Positions 54,760-64,000 of a DNA stretch of 64,000 nucleotides are shown one piece after another; position 1 is the stretch's first letter; the number at the start of each line of letters is the position of its first letter. The stretch comes from a virus. Taxonomy: Duplodnaviria; Caudoviricetes. The position numbers and the translations under genes are program-made. The DNA lies in the IMG/VR virus record IMGVR_UViG_3300033068_000427, positions 1 to 64,000 of that record, one strand, 5' to 3'. The notes under the pieces are model-generated. The model saw nothing but the letters and a program-made list of their open reading frames with translations. It was not told the DNA's origin and ran no database searches.

Positions 54760-55464
54760 TAATTTTAGCCGTCTAAGTCAGAAATGGTTTAGAGTATGAT
54801 CTCTTTAATTGCTGGGAACTCCTAAAGACCACAACACTACAAAGTGAGCCGAAAGGTTGAGCTTGAATGTTTGAAAAGCTTGTGGTATACTAGACCTCCT
54901 TTTAATATTTGGAGGTTTACAATGGACAATCAGCAGGAAAGTACCTTACTAGTACATCCACTTGATAGTGACTACTTTGTATCAGTGGATGGAAAAATAT
55001 ACAGCAAGAAGCGTGGCAACAAGCTAAAAGAGTTAAAACAACACCTACATAAAGGTAGAGGCAGAAAACCTTATCTTAGAGTAAGGGTAATGGGTCGCCT
55101 ATTCTTGGTTCACAGGTTTATTGCTTGTCTGATTATTGGACGAGAAATAAGAGCAGATGAACAAGTAAACCATTTGGACGGTGATACCTTGAACAACAAC
55201 CTAGATAATTTGGAAGTTGTTAGTTTCAAAGAAAATGTAGTTCACGCTGTTGTAAACAATCTCTACTGTTCCGGTGAAGATTGGTATGCTGCTAGAAGGT
55301 AAATCTTCAACGACTAGGCCACAGGGCCGTAGCTTCAAGCGAAGCGAAATGGGAGATACCTGACCACGAAAGGTGAAGGTAAAGATATAGTCTGGTCTGC
55401 ATAGTAATATGCAGCAGTTCATAAGAGAACGGGGTAGGTTTAGCGAACCTATCTGAACACAACG
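54760..55464 (+). mobile_element. Group I intron 1 of nrdA (705 nt) with HNH ORF
   Basis: Join gives CSQG|GVRKG (E. coli CSQGGVRGG); U/G splice-site rule; AATTGCTGGGAA, ACGACTA, ATAGTCT core. Confidence 0.92.
54922..55302 (+). CDS. Intron-encoded HNH endonuclease (I-HmuI-like)
   Basis: YFVSVDGKIYS, VHRFIA, VNHLDGDTLNNNLDNLEVV; RBS GGAGG. Confidence 0.88.
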   Translation: MDNQQESTLLVHPLDSDYFVSVDGKIYSKKRGNKLKELKQHLHKGRGRKPYLRVRVMGRLFLVHRFIACLIIGREIRADEQVNHLDGDTLNNNLDNLEVVSFKENVVHAVVNNLYCSGEDWYAARR

Positions 55465-55893
55465 GGAGTAAGGAAGGGTAGCGTAACCTTCTTCCACAAC
55501 ATTTGGCACAAAGACGTTGAATCTCTCCTTGTGCTGAAGAACAATAAAGGTACTGAAGAAACCCGCGTCCGACACAGTGACCACGGATTCAATATCAACG
55601 GGTTCTTGTGGAAGAAGATGGTGAGTGGTGAGGATATGTACCTATTCTCGCCAGAGGAAGTTCCTGATCTACAAGAAGCTTTCTTCTCCGACAGTGACAA
55701 GTTTGCACTTCTTTATGAGAAGTACAGTAAGAGCAATAAAGTAAGTAAGGTAAAAGTCCCTGCTGCTGAAATTCGAGACTTGCTGCTCACTGAGCGTATC
55801 GGCACTAGCCGTGTGTACATTAACAACGTAGATAGCTGTAACACTCAAGGTAGTTTCAAGCCTGAGTATGCTCCAATCAAGCAATCCAACCTT
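55465..55893 (+). CDS. nrdA: Ribonucleotide reductase alpha subunit, exon 2
   Basis: WHKDVESLLVLKNNKG...RVRH...IKQSNL. Confidence 0.93.
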
Positions 55894-56201
55894 TAACATA
55901 CCAGAGGTTGTAAAACCGTGTGAATTCGGTGGAAGCCCCATCCTCTTTGAGAAGGGTAATACCGAGCGAAGCCCAATGACAGAGCTAGAGCGAATGCTGC
56001 GTCTTGTCTAGCAATTTGACGCTGTGTGAGAAGTTGGGAACGTGTAGAGACTAGATGTGATGAGTGTAACATCGTAGCTTCAAGTGAAGCGAAGCGCACG
56101 GCACTGGAAAGTGATGAGATAGTCCGCTCTGTACAGGAATGTACAGCAGGAGTGAGTGTTAGACTCCGGGCCAGAATTAACGACTCTGGTTGAACACAAG
56201 G
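55894..56201 (+). mobile_element. Group I intron 2 of nrdA (308 nt, no ORF)
   Basis: Join gives QSNL|CLEI; U/G rule; AATTCGGTGGAA, AGAGACTAG, ATAGTCC core. Confidence 0.92.
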
Positions 56202-57131
56202 TGTTTGGAAATTACGCTACCAACTAAACCTTTGGAGCATTTCGATGATCCGAATGGTCTGATTAGTCTTTGCACTCTTAGTGCAATTAATTGGGGTAAG
56301 ATCAAGAACCCTAAACAGTTTGAAAAAGTGTGTAAGCTGGCCGTGTATGCCCTTGATGCTCTCCTAGACTATCAAGACTATCCCCTGCGAGCTGCACGCA
56401 ACAGTACAGAGTGGTATCGTCCTCTCGGTATTGGTATCAACGATCTTGCCCACTTCCTTGCGAAGAAAGGCTTGAAGTACGATGTAGATGCTCTTGGTGT
56501 AGTTGACGAGTATATGGAAGCTATGGCTTTCCACCTCACCAAAGCTTCTGTTGAGCTGGCCAAAAAATATGGCGCTTGTGGTAAGGTGGAACACACCCGC
56601 TACTCGGATGGCGTTGTACCCTGTGATGTGCGAAAGGTTGGTGTTGATTCACTGATTGAACACAAGGAGCGAATGGATTGGGATGGCTTGCGTAACGACT
56701 TGAAGCTGTACGGGATTCGTAATGCAACTTTGATGGCAGCAATGCCGTCTGAAACTTCAAGTCGTGTGCAGAACCTTACCAATGGAATCGAGCCTGTTCG
56801 TGACTTGATTGCAGTGAAAGATGGTATTAGTATCGTAGCCCCTGAAGCTGAAAAGCTAAAGAGTAAATATGTCAGTGCTTGGGATGTAGACGTTGAGGAT
56901 TACCTGAAGGTCGTGGCAGTGCTGCAGAAGTGGATTGACCAATCTATTAGCACAAACACCACATACGATCCTTCCCGATTCCCAGAGGGGAAGATTCCCG
57001 GTAATCTGGTACTTCGTCACCTTCTGCTTGGATACAAGTGGGGAGTGAAGACGTTCTACTACAACAACAACGTCAAGCAAGACACAGTTGTTGACAAGCA
57101 AGAAGAGTCGTGCGATTCTTGCGTTCTGTAA
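56202..57131 (+). CDS. nrdA: Ribonucleotide reductase alpha subunit, exon 3
   Basis: CLEITLPT, LCTLSAINWG, AMPSETSS, NGIEP, KTFYY, C-terminal CDSC; total ~746 aa. Confidence 0.95.
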   Translation, partial: CLEITLPTKPLEHFDDPNGLISLCTLSAINWGKIKNPKQFEKVCKLAVYALDALLDYQDYPLRAARNSTEWYRPLGIGINDLAHFLAKKGLKYDVDALGVVDEYMEAMAFHLTKASVELAKKYGACGKVEHTRYSDGVVPCDVRKVGVDSLIEHKERMDWDGLRNDLKLYGIRNATLMAAMPSETSSRVQNLTNGIEPVRDLIAVKDGISIVAPEAEKLKSKYVSAWDVDVEDYLKVVAVLQKWIDQSISTNTTYDPSRFPEGKIPGNLVLRHLLLGYKWGVKTFYYNNNVKQDTVVDKQEESCDSCVL

Positions 57132-57164
57132 AGCAATAAGGGAGTCGAAAGGCTCCCTCTTCTA

Positions 57165-58256
57165 ATGGAGATATTCGTGTCTGTATTTAAAGTAAGAGAC
57201 ATTGAACACGGTAAAGCTAAGCTGTTCTTCGATGAGAGTGGCACCGTGGATATTCAGCGATTTGAGTCTTCTAAGTACCCAATCTTTGCAAAGCTGCTAG
57301 ATCAACAACAGTCTTTCTTCTGGCGTCCTAGTGAGATTAACCTAAGTAAAGACGCAATTGATTTCAAGGGCTTCACTAAGGCGCAGGAACACGTCTTTAC
57401 TTCCAACCTCAAACGTCAGATTCTACTCGATAGTGTGCAAGGACGTGCCCCGTCACTGTGTTACGGCCCTATCGTATCTGACCCAAGCCTTGAGGCATTG
57501 ATTGCTTGGTGGACAGCTATTGAGGTGATTCACAGTCAAAGCTATACGCACATCCTACGAAACGTATACCCTAACCCGTCGAAAGTCTTTGATGAAATGA
57601 AAGGAATTCGTGAGATCGTTGAGTGTGGTGATAGTGTAAGCATCCACTATGATGAGCTGCTTGAACGTCAAAAACGCCTTGAATATGGGCACTTTGAAAC
57701 GAAGCGTTCGCTCTATCGTAGCCTGCTTGCAACTAACGCCCTTGAGCAGATTCGATTCCAAGTGAGCTTCGCTTGTACGTTTGCATTTGGACAGCAAGAC
57801 CTAATGTCGGGTAGTAGTAAGATTGTTGGCTTGATTCGTCAAGATGAAGCCCTACATTGTGGCATCACTCAAAACCTGCTAAAGTATTTGCCTCAAGATG
57901 ATGAAGACTTTATTCGCATTGCAGAGGAAGAACGAGCAACAGCTAAAGAGATTTATCTAGACGTTCACAAGCAAGAAAAAGAGTGGGTTGACTTCCTGTT
58001 CCAAGAAGGGCCAATCTTCGGTCTGACACCAGAAGAGCTCAAGCTCTACCTTGACTGGCTAGTTGACAATCGGATGCAACACTTTGGTCTTGAAAGTGAT
58101 ATCGTTGCACCTAAGAAGAAACCGCTGCCGTGGCTTCGTCGTTGGGAGGATGGTAAGAGTGACCAAGTAGCACCACAAGAAAGTGAGATTATCTCTTACC
58201 AAGTTGGTAACGTAGATATGAACATCAGTAACGACTCTATTGATTTTGATTTCTAA
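57165..58256 (+). CDS. nrdB: Ribonucleotide reductase beta subunit (class Ia)
   Basis: FFWRPSE, LLDSVQGRAP, EVIHSQSYTHI, IRQDEALH, VAPQESEIISY. Confidence 0.95.
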   Translation: MEIFVSVFKVRDIEHGKAKLFFDESGTVDIQRFESSKYPIFAKLLDQQQSFFWRPSEINLSKDAIDFKGFTKAQEHVFTSNLKRQILLDSVQGRAPSLCYGPIVSDPSLEALIAWWTAIEVIHSQSYTHILRNVYPNPSKVFDEMKGIREIVECGDSVSIHYDELLERQKRLEYGHFETKRSLYRSLLATNALEQIRFQVSFACTFAFGQQDLMSGSSKIVGLIRQDEALHCGITQNLLKYLPQDDEDFIRIAEEERATAKEIYLDVHKQEKEWVDFLFQEGPIFGLTPEELKLYLDWLVDNRMQHFGLESDIVAPKKKPLPWLRRWEDGKSDQVAPQESEIISYQVGNVDMNISNDSIDFDF

Positions 58257-58445
58257 GGGTGAGTTATGATCAGACTAATTAAATGGTTAGTGTGGGGAGA
58301 CTCCCACCTGCACAAATGGGAGATTCACGAACAGTGTACTTGGTCGAGCGATAGAGGAACGCACGGAAATGCGTTCTGGATGAAATGCTCTCATTGCGGT
58401 AAAATGAAATTTGTTAAGCGATAACACAATTAAGGAATAAAGAAT

Positions 58446-58679
58446 ATGTACACCGTCTACTCTAAAAACAACTGCACCTACTGCCAGAAAGCTAAGCAAC
58501 TACTTCAGCAAAGTGGTGAACAATACGAAGTGTTGACTCTCGGTGCAGACTATGATCGTGAGTGGCTGATTGACCACATTCACACCAACTACAACATCAT
58601 TCCCCGGACTATGCCTGTGATTCTGTGTGATGGTGAGTATGTTGGTGGTTACACTGATCTTCTTGCAGAACTGAGCTAA
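58446..58679 (+). CDS. Glutaredoxin
   Basis: YSKNNCTYC, RTMPVI, VGGYTDL. Confidence 0.9.
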   Translation: MYTVYSKNNCTYCQKAKQLLQQSGEQYEVLTLGADYDREWLIDHIHTNYNIIPRTMPVILCDGEYVGGYTDLLAELS

Positions 58680-59121
58680 CTGGACTAACCGAACTAACTG
58701 AACTAGCTTGAACACAAGCCCTGACAGAAATGTTGGGGCTTTTTAATCAAAGATTTTCACACGTCATTAAAATGCACATGTGGCTATCTTTCTACTTAGC
58801 ACAACAAAAATAAAAAGCTACGCTTCGCTCTTTGCACCACCAAACAACCATCGAAGCTGTCGCTTCTTTCTTGCACAACACATCTAAGAGCTTCTGTTAT
58901 CACTGTGTTTAACACGATAGGTAGTTACAGCTCAGCTATCACAGCTTGGTTAACACAATCAGTTAACAGGGCTAGGTGAACGATGTAGGTTGACAGTGTA
59001 GGTGAACGAGATAGGTGACAAAGAACAACAAATGAGAAACAAGAAATAGATGTGCAAATAAATGACTTTAGTATGTCTATTTAATCTGTCTCTTATATCA
59101 GTCTTACTATTGTGCATTTTG

Positions 59122-59181
59122 ATGACGTGTGAAATGCAGTTTTGATGACGTGTACGAGTCATAAATTATGACGTGTGAAAT
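59122..59181 (+). repeat. Three direct repeats ATGACGTGT(GAAAT) at exact 23-bp period, plus an inverted copy at 58754-58767
   Basis: Starts at 59122, 59145, 59168; TTTTCACACGTCAT at 58754. Confidence 0.85.
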
Positions 59182-59193
59182 AGGATGAGGACA

Positions 59194-59322
59194 GTGAAGC
59201 TACTACTTCCCAAGTTTGTGCTTGAGTGGATAGACAAGAATCGAGGCGAATTGAGCCGTCAATCCTTTATTGTTAATCACCTGAAGAAACTTGCAGAGGG
59301 TTGCAAAGAACAAGAACGCTAA
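59194..59322 (+). CDS. Small ribbon-helix-helix (CopG-like) protein, not in ORF track
   Basis: GTG after GAGGA: MKLLLPKFVLEWIDKNRGELSRQSFIVNHLKKLAEGCKEQER. Confidence 0.55.
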   Translation: MKLLLPKFVLEWIDKNRGELSRQSFIVNHLKKLAEGCKEQER

Positions 59323-59374
59323 TCCTCTATCTAAACCTGCCTCTACTTACTCTAGACTCACTATGAGGTGTTGA

Positions 59375-59833
59375 ATGAAAGACAACGGACGTTTCTTTAA
59401 GAGTTACTACGACTTAATGAGTGCATCCGGTTTCGTAGGAAACAACGGAGAACTGGTAAAGCTCACACTAACTGAAAAGAATATATACTGCTTGATGCTG
59501 AGTAGGTATGAATACTTTGTGAAAGAGAAGGGTGGTGCATACTACGACACACAGGAAAGCATCGGGTGTGCGTTGGATATTGACAGAAGGACTGTCCTTC
59601 AGAAGTTGAAAGTGTTTATGAAGCACGGAGTCATCGTTGGCGAAAAGAAAAAGGTTGGCAACTACCTGAATTGGAGTTACACTGCTATAAACCCAATGAA
59701 GCTTTGGTGGGAAAATGGTCAACAAGGAAGTGTGGAAATGGCTACTGTCCATGAAGGTAAGTCTACGAGCAAACCGAAGGTGGTAGAAAGCAGCCCCTTA
59801 GAGTCGAATGTTCCTGAATGGGATTTGTACTAG
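59375..59833 (+). CDS. Winged-helix replication-initiator-like protein
   Basis: LTLTEKNIYC...YYDTQESIGCALDIDRRTVLQKLKVFMKHGVI. Confidence 0.6.
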   Translation: MKDNGRFFKSYYDLMSASGFVGNNGELVKLTLTEKNIYCLMLSRYEYFVKEKGGAYYDTQESIGCALDIDRRTVLQKLKVFMKHGVIVGEKKKVGNYLNWSYTAINPMKLWWENGQQGSVEMATVHEGKSTSKPKVVESSPLESNVPEWDLY

Positions 59834-59916
59834 AATCATCCTTTCTTTTTGTAGCGAATTTAAGACCCCTTATGATACGGGGCTTACAGCGATTTTTCTA
59901 ACCAAACTTTGGTGAG

Positions 59917-60261
59917 GTGGGTTGTACTATGATTCTTTACGTTGTTGGTGGCTCTTGTTATGTTAAGACTAATGACATCTTCATCCTTGGTATTCAGGAC
60001 GTTCGCAGATTTGGTATTGAAAAGTACATCTCTGGTTATCAGTTTAGTTGCGCCGTAATCACTGAGAAAGTTTCAGTAGATGACTTCTTGTGGGTGCTGT
60101 CAAGAGTTATGCTCAGCCCTCCGAAACACTTGGCATCTTTGAAAGTGTTATCAAAGGCAATCGTTGCTACAACAGATGGTATTGAGTTTGGTAAGTGCTT
60201 TCCTGTGAAGTATACAAGTGTCAATGAACTGAAGCACCACTTTAACGAGTATTGGTGTTGA
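59917..60261 (+). CDS. Hypothetical protein
   Basis: Co-oriented ORF. Confidence 0.5.
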   Translation: MGCTMILYVVGGSCYVKTNDIFILGIQDVRRFGIEKYISGYQFSCAVITEKVSVDDFLWVLSRVMLSPPKHLASLKVLSKAIVATTDGIEFGKCFPVKYTSVNELKHHFNEYWC

Positions 60262-60331
60262 CTGGTCATCTCTACAACAGCGGGATTTCGTTCCTAATAA
60301 TCAAATGGTGTAACATCTAAAGAGGTGAACA

Positions 60332-60802
60332 ATGATTCGTAAGTCTAAAGGTAAGTACGTTTGGAAGAAGAAAGCAATTTGGTGCAATGAGTGGAGCCTT
60401 TCTCCTGTCATTCATTCCTATCTCACCACGCTACTCAAAGCTGTGAAGGAAGATGAGAACATTGGTATCCCTATCTACTACTGCGAGAAGCAAGCTAAGA
60501 TTGAAGGACTGGAGAGCTACGATTGGGATTCAAATATCAACCTTGAAGCGGCTCACCAGCTTCGTGTAAAAGACCTTGAAGAGATGGTGTGGGCGTTCAG
60601 TAAGGATAGTGAACCTGATAGCCGAAACTACGACTTCGCTTACAAAGACCTGTTTGGGGATTCTGACTCCCTCACACTCAATCTTGAATGCACCAACGAA
60701 GATGAGCGTAACCGTTACTGGAAGGATTGTGAAGAATATCGAGAACGTAAGCAGAAAGCCCTTGCACTGTTTGCTGAAGTCTACTACACTCTAGCTATCT
60801 GA
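60332..60802 (+). CDS. Hypothetical protein
   Basis: EMVWAF...RKQKALALFAEVY.TL common phage family pattern. Confidence 0.7.
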   Translation: MIRKSKGKYVWKKKAIWCNEWSLSPVIHSYLTTLLKAVKEDENIGIPIYYCEKQAKIEGLESYDWDSNINLEAAHQLRVKDLEEMVWAFSKDSEPDSRNYDFAYKDLFGDSDSLTLNLECTNEDERNRYWKDCEEYRERKQKALALFAEVYYTLAI

Positions 60803-60838
60803 TTAACACCAACCCGGAACACTGAATAGGAAACAGAA

Positions 60839-61039
60839 ATGAAGATTGAACGTAAAGAACCCGAGTTTCAGCCAATCACCATCACCATTGAAACACAAGA
60901 CGAGCTTGACCAACTCAACGCAATGGTCAACTATTGTAACTTTCCAGATAATTCATTTACACAAAGCTTGTTTGAATTTACAGAGGAATATATTGTAAAG
61001 GCTTATGAGCCGGATGACGGGGCTGTTACCTTCTTGTAA
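60839..61039 (+). CDS. Hypothetical protein
   Basis: EFQPITITIETQDEL motif. Confidence 0.65.
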   Translation: MKIERKEPEFQPITITIETQDELDQLNAMVNYCNFPDNSFTQSLFEFTEEYIVKAYEPDDGAVTFL

Positions 61040-61058
61040 TAACTAACAACACACAAAG

Positions 61059-61095
61059 AAGCCCGCTCACTTCCATCATAGAAGGGCGGGCTTTG
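61059..61095. terminator. Terminator between converging units
   Basis: AAGCCCGC...GCGGGCTTTG hairpin. Confidence 0.6.
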
Positions 61096-61193
61096 TTCTT
61101 TCTTCATTTCGTATTCCTTAAAAATAGCCTCACGTCCTTATGAGGCTCCACTAATGTTGTTACCACTCCTATTATTGTTTTTATTCCAATTGA

Positions 61194-61625
61194 TTACGGT
61201 GTGGTGGAAGTCTTTCCAACACTTCTTAGCTCAGACTTCATAACCTGCACTGTAGTTTCTAGCACAGCTTGCCTATCGCTTAGTGTACGAATGTCGTTCA
61301 GTGTCTCAACAGATACATAAGACAACACGGCAATCAAGAGGGACAGCACCAACCCAGCACCAAGTACAGTGCCCTGCATCTTGTGACTGTTGGTGATGAT
61401 GGGGTCAATATCGTTGTGCTTCTTCTCTACTAATTCCTTAAGCTCTCTGAAGTCACCTCTGATAGCCCTTTGTTCTTGGTGCAGAGCCACAAGCTGCTTT
61501 ACAGATTCACTGATCTCTTTTAGCACAGATTCGTTACTACCAAGTCTGTAGTCCATAATGGCTAGCTTGTTTTCGATACCTGTTACCCTTCCAACCACAC
61601 CCTCTTCGTAATGCTTTCCTTCCAC
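61194..61625 (-). CDS. Coiled-coil protein with one TM segment (holin-like/lysis accessory)
   Basis: TVLGAGLVLSLLIAVLSYV segment; end of lysis unit. Confidence 0.5.
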   Translation of the reverse strand: MEGKHYEEGVVGRVTGIENKLAIMDYRLGSNESVLKEISESVKQLVALHQEQRAIRGDFRELKELVEKKHNDIDPIITNSHKMQGTVLGAGLVLSLLIAVLSYVSVETLNDIRTLSDRQAVLETTVQVMKSELRSVGKTSTTP

Positions 61626-61686
61626 TTCTTTCCCTCCCTAAAGGGTGTTGTTATTACTTGTGCTGCAGAGTCTATTCCACAAGTAA

Positions 61687-61956
61687 CTACTGGACTTCTT
61701 TCTTGTACTGCCTATTCTTTTCTAGCAATCTCTCATACTGAGCAAGACAGTTGGTGTTGACGATGTACGACCGCACCAAATCCCTCACCGTCACTTCTGC
61801 ACCAACTCCGATCTTACTACCCCTGCACGGATTGCTCAGCAGGTAGTCTGGAGTTGTTAGTGTCTCAGTCTTGTAGATCACTTGAGGCTTCTGAGAGCAA
61901 CCCAGCAACAGCGGGATCAATAACAGAATCAAGGCTAACGTAACCACCATCTTCAT
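61687..61956 (-). CDS. Outer-membrane spanin (Rz1-like lipoprotein)
   Basis: Lipobox LLLG|C; overlaps the i-spanin 3' end. Confidence 0.8.
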   Translation of the reverse strand: MKMVVTLALILLLIPLLLGCSQKPQVIYKTETLTTPDYLLSNPCRGSKIGVGAEVTVRDLVRSYIVNTNCLAQYERLLEKNRQYKKEVQ

Positions 61957-62305
61957 TTACTTTCTTCTCCTTCTTCTTAGCCCCTGATTCGTAAACAGAT
62001 ATGGCTGTTCTTGTTGGTATTTTGGAGATCAAATCGTTTTTCTTGTCTTCCAGATACCTTTGCTCGGTCTGCCACTCTTTGAGTTTTTCAGCCTCAATTT
62101 CCCTTAGTTTGTTGACCCTAAGTAGTGCGTCATTGAGAGATGCCACACTAGCTTCAAGCCTGCCCACTTCAGACAGGGCGACGGATAGCTCGGTAGATAC
62201 GATTGAGGCCTTGTTGTTAAGGTAGACGTTACCTAGTAAAGATAATCCAAGAGATGAGAACAGAATTACCAAACCCACCTTCTTAATCGTTGTAATCCAC
62301 ACCAT
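61865..62305 (-). CDS. Inner-membrane spanin (Rz-like)
   Basis: N-terminal TM then coiled coil. Confidence 0.78.
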   Translation of the reverse strand: MVWITTIKKVGLVILFSSLGLSLLGNVYLNNKASIVSTELSVALSEVGRLEASVASLNDALLRVNKLREIEAEKLKEWQTEQRYLEDKKNDLISKIPTRTAISVYESGAKKKEKKVNEDGGYVSLDSVIDPAVAGLLSEASSDLQD

Positions 62306-62940
62306 TAGCTTATATCCTTGAACGGTTGAATCTCAAAGGTGAACCCCTTGAAGTATTTGTACTCCTGATCTAGAGGGTATGTGGTGGTGTTATCGGCCAG
62401 TTTAATCTTATTGCCCAACTGAACAACGATAGCTCTATTTGACATCCCCCAACGTCTCACCCAATAGATTGTGTAGTTGTTTCCACACCGCAACCATTGC
62501 CATCCGGTAGAATTGAAGTCGTCTCTGACGTAATCCACACCTGCAAGCTTTTCCACTTTGTGACTACGAACATCACAAGAAAGCACAAACCTCTTGAAGT
62601 AGTTAAAGGGGTTGCGGTATGCCCCCCAAATAACTTGACCCAAGAAGGATGTGTTTTTGATACCAAAAGGAATGTCTCTGTTTGCCCAACGGAACTGATC
62701 GTCTCCGAGGAATCCATCAATAGGGTTATCCCACCAAAGAAGCCACTTGGGTAATCTTCTCAACCACCACTCACTTCCATCTTTTGTAATGTATGTGTAA
62801 GGCTTGGCTGAATCGTCTGCAAACAGAAGACCAATTGGCACCACCACCACACCTAGAACAATTCCGAGCAGTTGGGCAAGAAATTTGATGGAGAATACAA
62901 TCAGCATCTTACAAAAGTGATAGAGGTTATTCATCTCTTG
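62305..62940 (-). CDS. Membrane-anchored Trp-rich protein in lysis cassette
   Basis: TM, then LPKWLLWWDNPIDG...YRNPFNY; start uncertain. Confidence 0.6.
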   Translation of the reverse strand, partial: QEMNNLYHFCKMLIVFSIKFLAQLLGIVLGVVVVPIGLLFADDSAKPYTYITKDGSEWWLRRLPKWLLWWDNPIDGFLGDDQFRWANRDIPFGIKNTSFLGQVIWGAYRNPFNYFKRFVLSCDVRSHKVEKLAGVDYVRDDFNSTGWQWLRCGNNYTIYWVRRWGMSNRAIVVQLGNKIKLADNTTTYPLDQEYKYFKGFTFEIQPFKDIS

Positions 62941-63151
62941 CATCCTCAACTTCTTGGTCAATGAATCTCCCAACAAGACCAAAAACACCAAGTACGAGAC
63001 TAGATGTTAGGAGTACAGGGAATGCAATGTTTGAAGAAAGCACCCCCAGCACCATAAGTCCAGTTGCAGAGATTGCAATGAGAAGGTTCCCTAAAAGACC
63101 AATGAAACTATAGGTTTTTAGAATCTTTCTCCAATCTTTTTGCCATTTCAT
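62927..63151 (-). CDS. Holin (probable)
   Basis: DWRKILKTYS then two TM segments, GRFIDQE tail; directly after the endolysin. Confidence 0.65.
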   Translation of the reverse strand: MKWQKDWRKILKTYSFIGLLGNLLIAISATGLMVLGVLSSNIAFPVLLTSSLVLGVFGLVGRFIDQEVEDARDE

Positions 63152-63689
63152 TTTCCCACTCCTTTACGAATTCCTCGTAGGGTTTTTGTTTATCTTCACT
63201 CACTTCACCTAAGCAATAGGGCAAGGTGTTCTCCCTTCTCACGACAAGACCACGAAGCACTCTCCCACCTACCTTGTTCCAACGTAGTAGTTGAAGACAA
63301 GCTTCTTCGTGTCTACCTTGGTTCAGCAACTTAATCAACGTGCTGCTCTTGACATTACCGATTCCAACATTGAAGGTGAAATCTGTTAGTGCAGCTCTTT
63401 GCCATTCAGACGCATAAGCTACTTTTACAAGAGAGTCGAGTTGTTTTTGGTGTTTAACCCAATCTTTTGCGAATAGATTAAGACAAGCTTCGTCGCTGAA
63501 CGATTGTCCAAGCTTTAGACTTCTATCCATATGCCCAACGCATACAGTAGGGAGGCCCGCTGGGTCGGAATAGACATTGTTCCTAAACCCCTCACTTGGA
63601 AGGGTGAGATCAAGAGCAACAAAAGAAGAGCTTGCAGATACAACGCCTGCTGCGATAAAAGCTGTTATAAGCTTAGACCTCATACTCAT
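63108..63689 (-). CDS. Endolysin, GH24 lysozyme with SAR-like N-terminus
   Basis: EGFRNNVYSDPAGLPTVCVGH (E-8-D-5-T triad), FTFNVG..N..SSTL, RW..VGG..LRGLV.RR. Confidence 0.92.
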   Translation of the reverse strand: MSMRSKLITAFIAAGVVSASSSFVALDLTLPSEGFRNNVYSDPAGLPTVCVGHMDRSLKLGQSFSDEACLNLFAKDWVKHQKQLDSLVKVAYASEWQRAALTDFTFNVGIGNVKSSTLIKLLNQGRHEEACLQLLRWNKVGGRVLRGLVVRRENTLPYCLGEVSEDKQKPYEEFVKEWENEMAKRLEKDSKNL

Positions 63690-63753
63690 TTCATTTCCTT
63701 GTTTTATATAGCAGCCTCGGAAGTGTTCGAGGCTGCTTGGTGGCGAACAGAGT

Positions 63754-64000
63754 TTAAGATACCGTTACCGTTACCGGCCACGGATATTGTGCCTGAATTT
63801 CTGCATAACGAGTTGCACCAGCGGCTTTTGCCGCGTCTACTTCTTCGGCAGTTGCGCCCATCGCTTGCAGCCGTGCTGCCTCTGCAAAATGCCGATCACT
63901 GCCGGTTAGAGGGTCGGCGTAAGCGCGCAGGCGCTGCGCCTCGATCTGCTCGCGGGTCGGAGGCGGGGGCGGCGGCGGGTCGATCAGAATCGGCAGACCT
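63754..64000 (-). CDS. Tail fibre assembly chaperone, C-terminal part (enters from beyond window)
   Basis: GLPILIDPPPPPPPTREQIEAQRLRAYADPLTGSDRHFAEA...RYAEIQAQYPWP; GC-rich, Pseudomonas-like. Confidence 0.75.
   Translation of the reverse strand, partial: GLPILIDPPPPPPPTREQIEAQRLRAYADPLTGSDRHFAEAARLQAMGATAEEVDAAKAAGATRYAEIQAQYPWPVTVTVS

Noticed and set aside
59122-59181. 23-bp-period repeats as a CRISPR mini-array
   Set aside because: Repeats (9-14 nt) and gaps are far too short, and there are no cas genes.
1-64000. Integrase, repressor, CRISPR array, rRNA, reverse transcriptase
   Set aside because: None recognisable in this window.

Overview
A 64-kb slice (about two thirds) of a lytic dsDNA phage genome. 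Its organisation resembles the ~90-kb Pseudomonas-type myoviruses (PAK_P1/Felix-O1-like layout); host and family are inferred from gene content and from a Pseudomonas-style tail-fibre chaperone. Left end (minus strand): portal N-terminus, a large terminase split by three group I introns, a beta-propeller accessory fibre cassette, small terminase, a broken tRNA region and a DNA methyltransferase. Middle: PhoH, ClpP-like protease, dCMP deaminase, DNA ligase, SleB-like hydrolase, an intein-containing SF1 helicase, a long non-coding region, a leftward early-gene block, then the rightward replication and nucleotide-metabolism block (primase-helicase, PolA with a -1 frame break, SSB, exonucleases, second MTase, thyA, DHFR, nrdA with two group I introns, nrdB, glutaredoxin). 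Right end (minus strand): lysis cassette and the end of a tail-fibre assembly gene. Selfish-element load is very high: 5 group I introns, 1 class-3 intein, 6 free-standing and 2 intron-encoded HNH genes. Most interesting: two back-to-back cassettes, each [5' half of tRNA-X ending at anticodon+A] - [complete, unrelated tRNA carrying the same anticodon] - [HNH endonuclease] - [3' half of tRNA-X], for Thr(UGU) and Arg(UCU). A third HNH does the analogous thing to a protein gene. This looks like a homing-endonuclease 'split-and-replace' strategy acting on tRNA genes. No database searches were run; family calls rest on motif recognition.
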